DNA of 64,000 nt, from positions 78,660-142,659 of the forward strand of contig CALMSO010000047.1 in NCBI GenBank assembly GCA_937872385.1, in the 5' to 3' direction. Of this stretch, positions 63,788-64,000 are shown piece by piece. How positions within the stretch are numbered: the stretch's first letter is position 1; every line of letters starts with the position of its first letter. The DNA is from an uncultured Saprospiraceae bacterium (GTDB taxonomy: Bacteria > Bacteroidota > Bacteroidia > Chitinophagales > Saprospiraceae). The notes below the pieces were generated by a model that did not search any database, was not told where the DNA came from, and saw only the letters and a program-made list of their open reading frames with translations. The position numbers and the translations under genes were made by a program.

Positions 63788-64000
63788 TTACTTTTCCTTA
63801 CTTTTCATTTCCAGCACGCGCTCTAAGATTTCATCCAACTGCTCAGCCGCAATCCGTTTGGAAACGATTTCCTTTTTTTTGTCCAACAAATAAATAGTCG
63901 GGGTAGCTTTTACAAAATAAGCATCGCTAAAACGCGAACTGTTGTAAGGGTCAGCAACGTGGATCCAGTCATTAATGCCATTTTCATCCACATAATCCCA
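63788..64000 (-). CDS. thioredoxin-fold (TlpA/redoxin-like) protein, C-terminal part (5' end beyond window)
   Basis: The frame is open to the window edge. The C-terminal YFVKATPTIYLLDKKKEIVSKRI is typical of TlpA-like proteins. Confidence 0.5.
   Translation of the reverse strand, partial: WDYVDENGINDWIHVADPYNSSRFSDAYFVKATPTIYLLDKKKEIVSKRIAAEQLDEILERVLEMKSKEK

Noticed and set aside
1-64000. Search for mobile elements, prophage, toxin-antitoxin or defence islands.
   Set aside because: No transposase, integrase, phage structural, nuclease-helicase or toxin-antitoxin-like ORFs were seen. Gene content is housekeeping and orientation blocks are short. The two tRNA-Leu genes have no adjacent integrase.

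Overview
This looks like a Bacteroidota chromosomal segment. Supporting signs are a SusC/SusD pair, gldA/gldF/gldG gliding-motility ABC genes, an Omp85/BamA-like protein, OmpA with thrombospondin-3 repeats, and TAnnTTTG-type promoter boxes. About 60 genes are mostly housekeeping: purE, hemF, ppk1, rseP, rsmE, corA, tandem tRNA-Leu genes, leucine/HMG-CoA catabolism, RNA methyltransferases and an OmpR-type two-component pair. I found no transposase, integrase, CRISPR array, restriction or other recognisable defence genes, so I cannot point to a novel protein-encoded system. The most unusual signal is non-coding. At least ten intergenic spacers carry short degenerate tandem-unit arrays from four recurring families: G-rich GGGGAATAG-type 8-9-mers, GGGTTAGAG-type 8-9-mers, GCRAAYA heptamers and TCTNNNA heptamers. 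When the families co-occur they keep the same order. They often start at or within a few nt of a stop codon. In all five G-rich cases the G-quadruplex-capable strand is the sense strand between co-directional genes. Other points of interest are a btaA/btaB-like betaine-lipid pair directly downstream of ppk1, a catalytically degenerate LMW-phosphatase-like gene upstream of ppk1, and a CotH-like secreted protein divergent from an alkaline phosphatase. There is also a cluster of a 607-aa unknown secreted protein with two glucosaminidase-like proteins, and a TetR/LolA-like/FtsX operon with no ATPase gene. All functional calls rest on motif recognition by eye, since no database search was possible.
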